Shown: positions 9,306 to 19,300, counted from the stretch's first letter. The stretch: DNA of 64,000 bases from Bdellovibrionota bacterium (GCA_044347345.1 JBIKUX010000004.1:51110-115109); one strand, 5' to 3'. The notes: generated by a model from the letters alone, not told the origin. Numbers and translations: made by a program.

Positions 9306-10190
9306 TTATCTAGAACCAACCGGATTTACTTTTTCGGGCGTTCGTAGTGATAACTCTACTTGCTTTTGTTTCTTTTTACCGTTAATAGGATCAAATGGGT
9401 CAACCTCGGTTTCAAGTATTACAATACGCTGCTTATCAATAGTGACGATCTCACCACAAGCAAGACCCATCTTCATCCCCGGTTGAACCATATGACCCTT
9501 ACCATCTAGGGTTTCGACTATAGCTCGCGTTGGAGAAAACCCTTCTAATACTGCTGTTAGCTTTAGCTGATTAAGAGCAAACTGACAAAGCACAGGAGCG
9601 TTCTCGTCTACGATTGGCCCTATAACAAGATCAGTTGGCAAGAATGGATCTCTTTTCCCAACTGGATCATAAACCCAGCCAGCATTTGGATCGGTGGCAA
9701 TAGCTGCTAGTACAGTTTCTTTTTTGATATTTTCATTCTGTTTTTTATTTGAAGATTCTCGATTGTTTGCTTGAGATGCCGGCGTTTCTGAGGATATCGT
9801 TACTGGAGGTTTTGTTGCTGATGATACTGGCTCATCTGCATCTGTACCTACAAAAAATTCATTATCTTGGGTTTTGTAAGTGAAGGGCTGACCAGTCTTT
9901 GGGTCTGTCGGTATTTTGTCAATGTAAGTGGGTACTAAATCTTGTAAACTTGAAGGAAGTTTTTTTTCGTTTACTTGATAAGCTCTTACTGCAGCTTGAA
10001 TACGTCGTTGTTCCCTTACTCTTGGATCTTGAATCTCTTTAACAGTATTGCCTATTTGAGGAACAACTGTTTCGTTTGAAGCACGTTGAGATTGAACGTA
10101 AACTAGATAGCTAAGCTCTCCAGCTATAGCTACTAAAAGAAGTAGCATCACATTACGAATGGCGGAAGAGCGCTTTTTCTTTAGAGGCAT
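9306..10190 (-). CDS. Membrane-anchored fusion: pseudopilin/GspG-like segment + PilP-like domain
   Basis: N-terminal TM; YQVNEKKLPSSLQDLVPTYIDKIPTDP..GQPFTY; C-terminal YDPVGKRDPF...QLKLTAVL...AIVETLDGKGH...G.IVTI PilP pattern. Confidence 0.7.
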   Translation of the reverse strand: MPLKKKRSSAIRNVMLLLLVAIAGELSYLVYVQSQRASNETVVPQIGNTVKEIQDPRVREQRRIQAAVRAYQVNEKKLPSSLQDLVPTYIDKIPTDPKTGQPFTYKTQDNEFFVGTDADEPVSSATKPPVTISSETPASQANNRESSNKKQNENIKKETVLAAIATDPNAGWVYDPVGKRDPFLPTDLVIGPIVDENAPVLCQFALNQLKLTAVLEGFSPTRAIVETLDGKGHMVQPGMKMGLACGEIVTIDKQRIVILETEVDPFDPINGKKKQKQVELSLRTPEKVNPVGSR

Positions 10191-10423
10191 GCTGGTACTC
10201 TATACTTAACCCTCCATCGTTTGATGGTGTTATGCAGGGAAGAGATGCGCTTTAATTGCACATTGATGAAAGTTCGCTTTAAGTAAAGCGATGTCTTTAA
10301 AATTTTCATCCTGAACTAGTCGGAATTAGTGCTTTTTTGGCATAAAATCCGCACATATTGGATTAACAAAGTTGGTTTTTTTAAACTGATTTGTAGAAGG
10401 TTTACGGTGCTGGATCTTAAAAA

Positions 10424-10498
10424 TCGGGGTGACTGGATTCGAACCAGCGACCTCTAGTTCCCAAAACTAGCGCTCTAGCCAGGCTGAGCTACACCCCG
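10424..10498 (-). tRNA. tRNA-Pro(TGG)
   Basis: Cloverleaf CGGGGTG..., anticodon arm CTAGT-TTTGGGA-ACTAG, T-loop GTTCGAATC; CCA not encoded. Confidence 0.95.
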
Positions 10499-10645
10499 AA
10501 GGACTCTCAAATTGTAACCTAAATAAATGGTTTTGAAAACAAAGCCAATAAAATGTAGTTTCAAAAATTAAAAACTTTTTTATTATATATGAGTTCGAAA
10601 TTTTTTTAAACTCATACATAAGTAAGCATACATTTGGAAAAAGTA

Positions 10646-12088
10646 ATGTCTCCCACAGATAGCCCAAACAATAAAATTTCTCATCCAGTACAAATTAGTA
10701 TCGCTCACTTATTGGGAAAATCTGAGGCAATGGAAGGTGAGTTGCTTGAATCGGGAAAGAAACTCCAATTATCAGGATGGATAAAAACTCATCGACAGTC
10801 AAAAAAAGTTTCATTTATTGAAATTTCAGATGGAAGTTCGGTAAAGGGATTTCAGCTTGTAATTGATCCTCAAATAGCGGGATATCAAAAGCATTCCGCT
10901 CAACTAACAACAGGTGCTTCAATTACAGTAGAAGGTATTCTCACCCCATCACTAGGTGGTGGCCAAAAATGGGAGATGCAAGTTTCTCATTTAGAACTGA
11001 TTGGGGGATCAGATGCTGACAACTATCCTCTTCAAAAAAAAGGTCATTCGCTTGAATTTTTGCGAGATCATCCTAATTTACGGATGCGGTCAAATACGCT
11101 TGGAGCGGTGATGAGGGTGCGCTCTGCAGCCTCTTTTGCAGTGCATTCTTTTTTTAAGGAACGGGGATTTTATCTACTACATGCTCCAGTTATTACTACA
11201 TCAGATTGTGAGGGGGCAGGGGAGATGTTTAGGGTTACTACCCTATCCTTGAATGCGGACAAAAATACTTCTGACAAAGAGGACTTTTTTGGTAGGCCGA
11301 CATTTCTTTCAGTTTCTGGACAACTTGAAGCTGAAATAGCGGCAAGTGCGCTAGGAGCTGTTTATACTTTTGGACCAACATTTAGGGCTGAAAACTCAAA
11401 TACACCTCGGCACCTGGCAGAGTTTTGGATGATTGAACCAGAGGTTTCTTTTTGTGATTTGCATGGAAACATTAATCTGGCGTCAGATTTTGTCTCGTCA
11501 GTGATACAGCAAGTGATTAGTGATAGTGCAGAGGATTTAGCTTTTCTTCATAGTCGAGATTGGTGTGAAGAAGGATTGCTTAAAACACTTCAGTCCGTGG
11601 TTACAAAACGTCCTGAAATACTCGATTATTCTGACGCTATTACAGCCCTTGAGAAAAGTAATATTTCTTTTCAGTTTCCGGTGTCATGGGGTATCGATCT
11701 GCAATCTGAGCATGAAAGATATCTAACTGACGTATTTGTTAAAGGTCCTGTAGTTGTAATTAATTACCCAAAGGCAATAAAAGCGTTTTATATGAGAGAG
11801 AATAACGATGGTAATACCGTTGCCGCTATGGATTTTTTGGTGCCACGTTTAGGTGAAATTATAGGTGGTTCGCAAAGAGAAGAGCGTTATGATGTTCTTA
11901 AACGTCGTATTCAAGAAAATGGTTTGTCTGTCGATAGTTACAATTGGTATTTAGATTTGAGAAAATTCGGAACGGCACCACATTCTGGTTTTGGATTGGG
12001 ATTTGAGAGACTTCTAATGTACCTTACTGGTATTCAGAATATCCGTGATGTAATGCCTTTCCCTCGGTATCCAGGGCATTGCCTCTAG
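10646..12088 (+). CDS. asnS: Asparagine--tRNA ligase
   Basis: LSVSGQLEAE, FGPTFRAENSNTPRHLAEFWMIEPE, GIDLQSEHERYL, PHSGFGLGFER. Confidence 0.96.
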   Translation: MSPTDSPNNKISHPVQISIAHLLGKSEAMEGELLESGKKLQLSGWIKTHRQSKKVSFIEISDGSSVKGFQLVIDPQIAGYQKHSAQLTTGASITVEGILTPSLGGGQKWEMQVSHLELIGGSDADNYPLQKKGHSLEFLRDHPNLRMRSNTLGAVMRVRSAASFAVHSFFKERGFYLLHAPVITTSDCEGAGEMFRVTTLSLNADKNTSDKEDFFGRPTFLSVSGQLEAEIAASALGAVYTFGPTFRAENSNTPRHLAEFWMIEPEVSFCDLHGNINLASDFVSSVIQQVISDSAEDLAFLHSRDWCEEGLLKTLQSVVTKRPEILDYSDAITALEKSNISFQFPVSWGIDLQSEHERYLTDVFVKGPVVVINYPKAIKAFYMRENNDGNTVAAMDFLVPRLGEIIGGSQREERYDVLKRRIQENGLSVDSYNWYLDLRKFGTAPHSGFGLGFERLLMYLTGIQNIRDVMPFPRYPGHCL

Positions 12089-12251
12089 TTATTCACTAAG
12101 CACTCTATAGTTTTTAGGAGAGCTAACTGTGAGCAGAAACAAAATGTAAATTATTGATACTTTTAATGTTAAAAAGCAGTCATAATTAGACCATTATTTT
12201 TTAGAGATAGGGGGGGGTGGTTTTCTAAAATATTTAAACTGCAGTGTCAGT

Positions 12252-13475
12252 ATGAATGAAAGTCCAGCAAATCAAAATTATTCAAGCAGTCAGCTCCTTG
12301 AGTTGGCTGATAGGTGGCTGGCACATAATTACGCTCCGTTAGATATTGTCATAGAGCGCGGAGAAGGCTCATGGGTGTGGGATATTGAAGGAAACAAATA
12401 TTTAGATTTACTAAGTGCTTACGGCGCTTTGAATTTAGGTCATCTACACCCGAGGATTGTAGAGTGTGCTAAGTCTCAGCTACAACGGTTAACTCTTACT
12501 AGTCGAGCTTTTCATTCTAAAGAAATCAGCTTACTTGCGATGGAGCTTGCAAAGTTTTGCGAGTTAGAGATGGTTTTATTTATGAATTCGGGGGCTGAAG
12601 CGGTAGAGACAGCTATTAAGGCCGCTAGAAAATGGGGTTATGAAAAAAAAGGGATACCGGTCAATAAAGCTGAGATTATCGTATTTTCAAGAAATTTTCA
12701 CGGGCGGACTACGACTATCGTGGGATTTAGTGATTCATTGTCTGCGAAGGAGGGTTTTGGTCCATTTATTCCAGGTTTTGTGCTTTGTCCCTACGATGAT
12801 CTAGAGTGTTTAGAGGCTCATATCACACCTCATTGTGTAGGTGTTTTAATCGAGCCTATTCAAGGTGAAGGTGGGGTCAATGTACCTAAAGAAGGCTACC
12901 TTAAAGGAGTAGAGTCATTGTGTCGCGCCCATAATGTTCTCCTTATGATTGATGAGGTACAGACCGGCTTTTATCGAACGGGAGTACGATTTGCTTACCA
13001 AAGAGAAGCTGTAGACCCTGACCTCCTCATTTTAGGAAAAACGCTAGGTGGCGGTGTAGTGCCAATCTCTGCTGTTGTTGGCAAAAAATCAGTTATGGAA
13101 GTTTTTACGCCCGGCACTCATGGGAGCACTTTTGGCGGAAATCCCTTTGCATGTGCTATCGCTCGTGAAGTTCTTTTGATACTGGCAGATCCGATTATAG
13201 AAAATCGAGTTGAAAGTTTAGGTGAATTATTTCGACGCACACTTATTGAAGCAAGGTCGCTTAAAGTGAGGTCGGTAAGAGGAAAAGGTCTTTTAATTGG
13301 AGTTGAGTTTACAAAAGAAGCAGGTACAGCCAAAGATTATGCGAAAAAACTTCTCGAAAGAAAAATTCTTACTAAAGATACAAGAGTTCAAACCTTGCGT
13401 TTCGCTCCACCGCTTACGATTACCGATGAGGACCTCGAATGGGGCTTACAAGGAATTTTAAAAGTTTTGGGTTAA
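12252..13475 (+). CDS. rocD: Ornithine aminotransferase (class III PLP)
   Basis: AHNYAPL, YLDLLSAYGALN, LTLTSRAF, MNSGAEAVETA, EPIQGEGGV, DEVQTG, HGSTFGGNP. Confidence 0.9.
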   Translation: MNESPANQNYSSSQLLELADRWLAHNYAPLDIVIERGEGSWVWDIEGNKYLDLLSAYGALNLGHLHPRIVECAKSQLQRLTLTSRAFHSKEISLLAMELAKFCELEMVLFMNSGAEAVETAIKAARKWGYEKKGIPVNKAEIIVFSRNFHGRTTTIVGFSDSLSAKEGFGPFIPGFVLCPYDDLECLEAHITPHCVGVLIEPIQGEGGVNVPKEGYLKGVESLCRAHNVLLMIDEVQTGFYRTGVRFAYQREAVDPDLLILGKTLGGGVVPISAVVGKKSVMEVFTPGTHGSTFGGNPFACAIAREVLLILADPIIENRVESLGELFRRTLIEARSLKVRSVRGKGLLIGVEFTKEAGTAKDYAKKLLERKILTKDTRVQTLRFAPPLTITDEDLEWGLQGILKVLG

Positions 13476-13523
13476 TTTTTCGCGTTGTTACTCCCTCATC
13501 TGAGATGAATCGCTGAGCCATAT

Positions 13524-13561
13524 TGCTGGGCTCACACTGCTGGGCTCACACTGCTGGGCTC
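13524..13561. repeat. 14-bp tandem repeat TGCTGGGCTCACAC x2.7
   Basis: Read directly; just 3' of tRNA-Trp. Confidence 0.9.
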
Positions 13562-13573
13562 CTATCACGAAAC

Positions 13574-13646
<73 letters not shown>

Positions 13647-13819
13647 ATAAATTTGCTCTTGCCGTTAAACTCAAACACGCTAACAAGCTTACTATGATGC
13701 ATAATTGCTTTGTAGTATTGGCTAGATTTTTTGTAGTAAAGGCTAAATTCACAAAAAAGCTAAGTTAACAGCAAACTTACATTCATAGCAATAAACGAGA
13801 ATGTTGCGATAAATGATAA

Positions 13820-13895
13820 TGGAGCGGGAGACGAGGCTCGAACTCGCGACCCTCAGCTTGGAAGGCTGATGCTCTACCATTTGAGCTACTCCCGC
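13820..13895 (-). tRNA. tRNA-Gly(TCC)
   Basis: TCAGC-CTTCCAA-GCTGA anticodon arm; encoded CCA. Confidence 0.96.
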
Positions 13896-13982
13896 ATTAT
13901 TTTAAAAAACTTACAACCTTTATGATAAACGCTTTTTAACTACATTAAAATATCTAAACCTTTTAAGTAAATACAGTAAAAA

Positions 13983-14065
13983 TGGTGAGTGCAGGATTCG
14001 AACCTGCGTAGGCGTCCGCCAACAGATTTACAGTCTGCCCCCTTTAGCCACTCGGGCAACTCACC
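13983..14065 (-). tRNA. tRNA-Tyr(GTA)
   Basis: GCAGA-CTGTAAA-TCTGT anticodon arm; long variable arm. Confidence 0.95.
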
Positions 14066-14152
14066 TTATCATTTTTGGCTAAAGATATATTAAATCCAAT
14101 ATATTCCTTTTAAACCAAATAACCAAACTGACCAAGTAATTATAAGCAATCA

Positions 14153-14225
14153 AGCTGACAACGGGACTCGAACCCATAACCTGCTGATTACAAATCAGCT
14201 GCTCTACCAATTGAGCTATGTCAGC
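14153..14225 (-). tRNA. tRNA-Thr(TGT)
   Basis: GCTGA-TTTGTAA-TCAGC anticodon arm. Confidence 0.95.
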
Positions 14226-14327
14226 ACTCTACTTAATTCTTGTGCCATCAAGTCTACAATGGAAAGGTAGATAGTTGTAGCTCTCTTGTAAAGAGCAGTT
14301 AAGCGTCTCTTTTAATCTTCAGCCTTA

Positions 14328-14356
14328 TTTACAACTTGGTCGAGCTTCCTCATACT
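14328..14356 (+). promoter_or_regulatory. Putative sigma70 promoter of tRNA-Thr(GGT)
   Basis: TTTACA-N17-CATACT, ending 12 nt before the tRNA. Confidence 0.5.
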
Positions 14357-14368
14357 CATGCTGCTGTT

Positions 14369-14444
<76 letters not shown>

Positions 14445-14652
14445 TTACAAAAATTACATTAGACATTTTTAGTCAGTAGATACATTTAGTCAGAAAAAGG
14501 TAAGACAAAATTGGCTGAATAAGGATTTAAGGTAAATCCAGAGTTCGCATACGAAAAGCATTAGAGGCCGAAAGTTTTTGGGCTAACAATGCAGTTTATT
14601 TGTTATATGTAATGTTTTGTAGGCGCTTCGATTTTAGGCCAAAAACTCTGGT

Positions 14653-15213
14653 TTAAAAATCTGGGCCAAATCCCTCTAATTGAAATGCACAGTAAAAACA
14701 GTTAAACATAGCTTCTGCCCCACATACGGCGGTAGGTACTGTTTCTGGTTTGAGGTAGTTCTCCAAAAAAGTTAAACATTCGCGCCATTTAGTTGATGTC
14801 GATTCCCTATAGGATAAGAAGTAATTCAACGCCTCTGCTGGTACTTTTCTATCGAATAACTTAGCAATTGTAGTGCCTCCGAGGGTGGAACCTTCAACAA
14901 CATATACACCCCCTAAAAAATAACTGGGGTTGGTTAAAAAATTTGAGGGAAGTGGCACTAAACTGGGAATAGTACCGTTTAAGGTAGCGAGGCTTTGCTC
15001 AAGTAAAATACTTTTTTCGCGCTCTTTGAGTAGCTCTGTGAATGTCGAAAAAAAATTAGGTATCACCAATTTTTCCCACGAAAAAATTATGCGAGCGTGG
15101 GCTTTTAGTAGTCTGGTTAAAAATGATTCATTTAAAGATTGAGCATTGAAACTAACCAAAGCATCGAGGGCAGCATGAAGTTTTGCAGTGTGCAACCTTA
15201 ATTCTTTAACCAT
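14653..15213 (-). CDS. Heme oxygenase-like protein (BphO/HemO type)
   Basis: LRLHTAKLHAALD proximal-His helix; LGGVYVVEGSTLGG signature; start 15213 or 15273 is more likely than 15348. Confidence 0.85.
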   Translation of the reverse strand: MVKELRLHTAKLHAALDALVSFNAQSLNESFLTRLLKAHARIIFSWEKLVIPNFFSTFTELLKEREKSILLEQSLATLNGTIPSLVPLPSNFLTNPSYFLGGVYVVEGSTLGGTTIAKLFDRKVPAEALNYFLSYRESTSTKWRECLTFLENYLKPETVPTAVCGAEAMFNCFYCAFQLEGFGPDF

Positions 15214-15313
15214 GGACGGGCGAGGATAAGTGTGATGTTGTGTTGCTGAATTAGGTGACCAAGATGGTTTCATGGTAAGTAGGTAACTAATTTTATGTGA
15301 GGTAATCGCCCAA

Positions 15314-17122
15314 ATGGTACACGATTCATCAACAACTTCTACTAGCAACCCCAGCCGGATCTTATCTTCGCCCTTAAGTCAAATTGAACGAGAAAACCTG
15401 TGTAATCTTCTTTTTCCTGATTTAGAGGCGTTGCCTACCTTGCCAGCCTTGGAAATTCGATATGGAGAGCGTCCTCTTCCACCTAAGGTTATGGTAACTC
15501 GTTTTGCCCCCAGCCCAACTGGATTTATGCATTTAGGTGCTGTTTATGCCGCCCTAATTAACTATAGGTTTGCTTCTCAGACGGGGGGAAAATTTTTGTT
15601 GCGGATAGAAGATACTGATCAAAAAAGAAAAGTTGAAGGAGCATTTAATCTGATAGTTGAGTCTCTTGAGATGTTTGGACTCATCCCCAATGAAGGATTT
15701 GTACCATCAGAAGGTACGGGGACAATTACGGAGATTGGTGATTACGGACCTTATCAACAGAGTAGCAGAGTGTCTCTGTATAGAGCTCATGTAGCACATC
15801 TAATTCGAGAGGGTTCTGCCTATCCATGCTTCGCTTCTGAAGCTCAGCTCAAGGAGATGCAGGAACAACAGCAATTAGAAAGGCAGCGACCAGGATACTA
15901 CGGGAGATGGGCTATTTGGCGTGATGCTCCTTTAAACCAAATTAAAGACAGCATTGAACAAGGTATACCCTTTGTTATTAGATTTCGCTCAACTGGCGAT
16001 TACAATAAAAGAATTTCTTGGAAGGATAGTATTCATGAAGTAATGCATCAACCTGAAAATGATTTAGATGCGGTGTTGTTAAAATCTGATGGTACTTCCC
16101 TTTACCATTTAGCTCATGTTGTGGACGATCATTTTATGCGAGTCACGCATGTTATTAGAGGTGATGAGTGGCTTTCGTCGGTGCCTCTTCATTTACAATT
16201 ATTTTCTGCTTTTGGTTATACTCCACCTGTTTACTGTCATTTAGCACCAATTCAAAAGCTTGAATTAGTCGAGGAACAGATTGATGACCAGATTCAGCGC
16301 CGTGAATCAAGAAGAAAACTCTCAAAGCGCAAAGATCCCGAGGCAAGTGTAAGTTATTATGTTGAGCATGGATATCCACCGGTAGCCGTGTTGGAGTATC
16401 TTCTTCATATAGCTGATTCGAGTTTCGAAGAGTGGCGGTTAAATAATCCGAATGCTACTTGGGCTGATTACGCGCTAAAGTTTCAAAATTTTTCTCGTTC
16501 TGGAGCGTTGGTAGATTTAGAAAAACTTCAGAGTGTAAGCAGAGACGTTGTTTCAAGAATGGATCTAGATATTTTATACCATGACGCTATCAAGTGGTGT
16601 AAGCAATTTGATTCAGAGTTTGCCAGTATATTGGAAGCAAATGATGATTATACTCGCTCTGCCTTGGATATTGAGCGAACTGGTGATAAAGCAAGCAAGC
16701 GCATAGCATCTTGGAGAGACTTACGTCCTCAGCTTTGGTGGTTTTATGATGAATTATTTGTCAATCATCAAGTTTTTCCTTACCCTAAAGTTTTTATAAA
16801 CACTGAGGTAGTAGATATTCTTGATAGGTTTATCGCGAGCTATGACGAGTCAGACGACAAAGATACTTGGTTTTTAAAGTGTCAAAAAGTAGCAGAGGAG
16901 CTACAATACGCTCCAACCATTAAGCTTTATAAGAAGAATCCTAATGTATATAAGGCTCATATAGGTGACGTAACTATGGTTATAAGAGTCGCTATATCTG
17001 GCTTAGAGCGGACTCCAGACCTGTATCAGATGCTAAAAGTAATGGGAAGAGATAGAGTAAAAAGCCGTGTTTTAGGCGCAATTGAAAAAATAAGAAGTGA
17101 ATTTAGTCAGGAACAGCGATAA
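15314..17122 (+). CDS. gltX: Glutamate--tRNA ligase (long form)
   Basis: TRFAPSPTGFMHLG, LRIEDTDQKR, YGPYQQS, VVDDHFMRVTHVIRGDEWL, KLSKR. Confidence 0.93.
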   Translation: MVHDSSTTSTSNPSRILSSPLSQIERENLCNLLFPDLEALPTLPALEIRYGERPLPPKVMVTRFAPSPTGFMHLGAVYAALINYRFASQTGGKFLLRIEDTDQKRKVEGAFNLIVESLEMFGLIPNEGFVPSEGTGTITEIGDYGPYQQSSRVSLYRAHVAHLIREGSAYPCFASEAQLKEMQEQQQLERQRPGYYGRWAIWRDAPLNQIKDSIEQGIPFVIRFRSTGDYNKRISWKDSIHEVMHQPENDLDAVLLKSDGTSLYHLAHVVDDHFMRVTHVIRGDEWLSSVPLHLQLFSAFGYTPPVYCHLAPIQKLELVEEQIDDQIQRRESRRKLSKRKDPEASVSYYVEHGYPPVAVLEYLLHIADSSFEEWRLNNPNATWADYALKFQNFSRSGALVDLEKLQSVSRDVVSRMDLDILYHDAIKWCKQFDSEFASILEANDDYTRSALDIERTGDKASKRIASWRDLRPQLWWFYDELFVNHQVFPYPKVFINTEVVDILDRFIASYDESDDKDTWFLKCQKVAEELQYAPTIKLYKKNPNVYKAHIGDVTMVIRVAISGLERTPDLYQMLKVMGRDRVKSRVLGAIEKIRSEFSQEQR

Positions 17123-17139
17123 TTTAGAGGTTACATAAT

Positions 17140-17382
17140 ATGCAAGTACGCTCAGAAGGAAAGGCTTCGTTAAGGTCAAAATCTAAGGATATAGCTGGTG
17201 GTTCATCAGGTTTTATGGGAGTAATTAAAGATACAGTTGATGAATTAAAGAAAGTTCATGCACCTACTAAGCAAGAGACTTTGCAGGCTACTCTCGTAAC
17301 TCTTGCTATAGTAATTTTTTTTGCGGTAATACTAGCACTCTTAGATTGGGCATTTCGTGGTTTGGTATGGCGCCTTGTTTAG
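17140..17382 (+). CDS. secE: Preprotein translocase SecE
   Basis: ELKKVHAPTKQET + single TM; upstream of nusG. Confidence 0.9.
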   Translation: MQVRSEGKASLRSKSKDIAGGSSGFMGVIKDTVDELKKVHAPTKQETLQATLVTLAIVIFFAVILALLDWAFRGLVWRLV

Positions 17383-17405
17383 GACGGCGTCATGTTTAGC
17401 TGTTT

Positions 17406-17438
17406 AGTGTAGGCTTAACAGTGTAGGCTTAACAGTGT
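17406..17438. repeat. 14-bp tandem duplication AGTGTAGGCTTAAC x2.4
   Basis: Read directly. Confidence 0.85.
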
Positions 17439-17455
17439 GGGTTGATTAACGCGTC

Positions 17456-17485
17456 CTGTATATCCTAGGGCTGTATATCCTAGGG
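17456..17485. repeat. 15-bp tandem duplication CTGTATATCCTAGGG x2
   Basis: Read directly. Confidence 0.85.
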
Positions 17486-17648
17486 TTTAGATCCCAGAGT
17501 TTATAATTCAGAGTTACCTATATTAACTTGAGTTGATTAAACTATCAGTAGCGAGTATCACCATACTTTGTGATATATGTATTTACTTTATATATTAAGG
17601 TAACATGTGTTACAGGCAACATATCTGAGTTGTACAGGTAGCAAAAAG

Positions 17649-17685
17649 TACCAGGTAATGAAAAATACCAGGTAATGAAAAATAC
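17649..17685. repeat. 17-bp tandem duplication TACCAGGTAATGAAAAA x2.2
   Basis: Read directly. Confidence 0.85.
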
Positions 17686-17831
17686 AGAGCGCCGACATAA
17701 TCAAGAGGCTAAAGGCTTTTTTGCTAAGTTTATCGCGAAGCGGTCGTGCGATGTTGTAGACAGACTGTTGTGGACAGATTGGGCTGTTAAATATAGAGTA
17801 AGAAATAGAAATAATGCAATCGGCAGGAACA

Positions 17832-18521
17832 ATGGAATCGGGCCAAGAACCATCAGCACCAGTTGAGACAGAACAGCAAGATTTAACTGACGTCAGTCAC
17901 GATCAAGTCAACAACGACAACAGTACTGGGGCTCTAAATAAATCGCAAAGTGCAAACAGTAGTAACGTCGTTCAAAGTTCAGACAAGAACAAAAACCTGC
18001 AATGGTATGCCGTGCACGCGTACTCTGGTTTTGAAATGAAGGCTAAAAAAACTTTAGAGGATCGAGTTAAAGCTCACGGCATGAGCGAACAATTTGGAGA
18101 GATTTTAGTACCTCAAGAGACCGTAGTTGAACTAGTGAAAGGTCAAAAGAAAACTTCCAGTAAGAAGTTCTTTCCAGGATACCTTTTAGTTCAGATGGTA
18201 CTGAACAGAGATACCTGGCACTTAGTAAATGAAACTCCAAAGATTTCAGGGTTTTTGGGAGATGCCACTGATCCCGATCCAGTACCACAAGAAGAAGTTT
18301 CGCGCATTTTAGCACAGGTTGAAGAAGGAACCAGTGCTCCACGGTCTAAGGTAAGTTTTGAGCAAGGAGAGCCCGTAAAAGTGATTGATGGACCGTTTGC
18401 TGATTTTAATGGAACTATTGACGAAGTTAGACCAGAAAAAGAAAAAGTTAGGGTTTTAATTAGTATTTTTGGACGAGCTACTCCGGTGGAGCTAAATTTC
18501 TCTCAAGTTGAAAAACTGTAG
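17832..18521 (+). CDS. nusG: Transcription factor NusG with N-terminal low-complexity extension
   Basis: WYAVHAYSGFE, KKFFPGYLLV, KOW VIDGPFADF, IFGRATPVEL; start 17832 (RBS AGGAA) or 17814. Confidence 0.95.
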   Translation: MESGQEPSAPVETEQQDLTDVSHDQVNNDNSTGALNKSQSANSSNVVQSSDKNKNLQWYAVHAYSGFEMKAKKTLEDRVKAHGMSEQFGEILVPQETVVELVKGQKKTSSKKFFPGYLLVQMVLNRDTWHLVNETPKISGFLGDATDPDPVPQEEVSRILAQVEEGTSAPRSKVSFEQGEPVKVIDGPFADFNGTIDEVRPEKEKVRVLISIFGRATPVELNFSQVEKL

Positions 18522-18795
18522 AGTATAGTTGTGTTTCTTTTTATTTCAGTATAAAAGTCCGTGTCTAGTTTATGCGATAAGTTTAAAGCGAGAAATTATC
18601 TCTTGATTCAAAGAGATTGTTTCATCTGGTGAAGGATCTGGTGCTGAAACTAGGCGCAGCTGGTTTATATTTGGTACTGGTATTGTATATTAGAGTCGAC
18701 CCCGATTTGTTTTAATATCGTCGGGAGATACGATTGTTTTACGGTGATAACAAGTTATTTGGTATTTTTTTAAATTTTGACATCGAGAGGAAAAG

Positions 18796-19221
18796 ATGGC
18801 TAAAGAAGTGATGGCCCTTATAAAGCTACAAGTTAAGGGGGGACAGGCCAATCCCGCACCTCCAATCGGGCCGGTTCTAGGTCAGAATGGTGTAAATATA
18901 ATGGAGTTTTGTAAACAATTTAATGCTCGGACTCAGAAACAAGTAGGAGAGATCATCCCTGTTGTTATAACAGTTTTTAAAGATCGCTCATTTACCTTTA
19001 TTACCAAAACGCCGCCAGTATCGTATCTTCTTAAAAAAGTATTGAAACTCGATAAAGGCTCATCTGAGCCAAACAAAAACAAGGTAGCTAAAATTACTCG
19101 TGCTCAGGCTTTAGAAATAGCTCGTCAGAAGTTGGAAGACCTCACCGCTGCCTCTGAAGAAGCTGCTTTGAAGACCGTGATGGGTACGGCTAGAAGCATG
19201 GGGATCGAGGTAATTGATTAG
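18796..19221 (+). CDS. rplK: 50S ribosomal protein L11
   Basis: [26 protein letters not shown]. Confidence 0.97.
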   Translation: MAKEVMALIKLQVKGGQANPAPPIGPVLGQNGVNIMEFCKQFNARTQKQVGEIIPVVITVFKDRSFTFITKTPPVSYLLKKVLKLDKGSSEPNKNKVAKITRAQALEIARQKLEDLTAASEEAALKTVMGTARSMGIEVID

Positions 19222-19300
19222 TAGGGATATTATTAAAAGCAAGATTACAAACATAAACTTGGCATAAAAATAAAGTATAAGGCTCCGAGAGAGTGGAATT

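Noticed and set aside
10338-10353. sigma54-like TGGCAT-N-CCGCA on the plus strand
   Set aside because: Poor -12 box and it points antisense into tRNA-Pro
12210-12217. G8 tract upstream of rocD as a phase-variation switch
   Set aside because: Short tract, housekeeping gene, no evidence of variability
17675-17866. 63-aa ORF in the secE-nusG spacer
   Set aside because: Start derives from a tandem duplication, it overlaps nusG out of frame, and it has no recognisable motif
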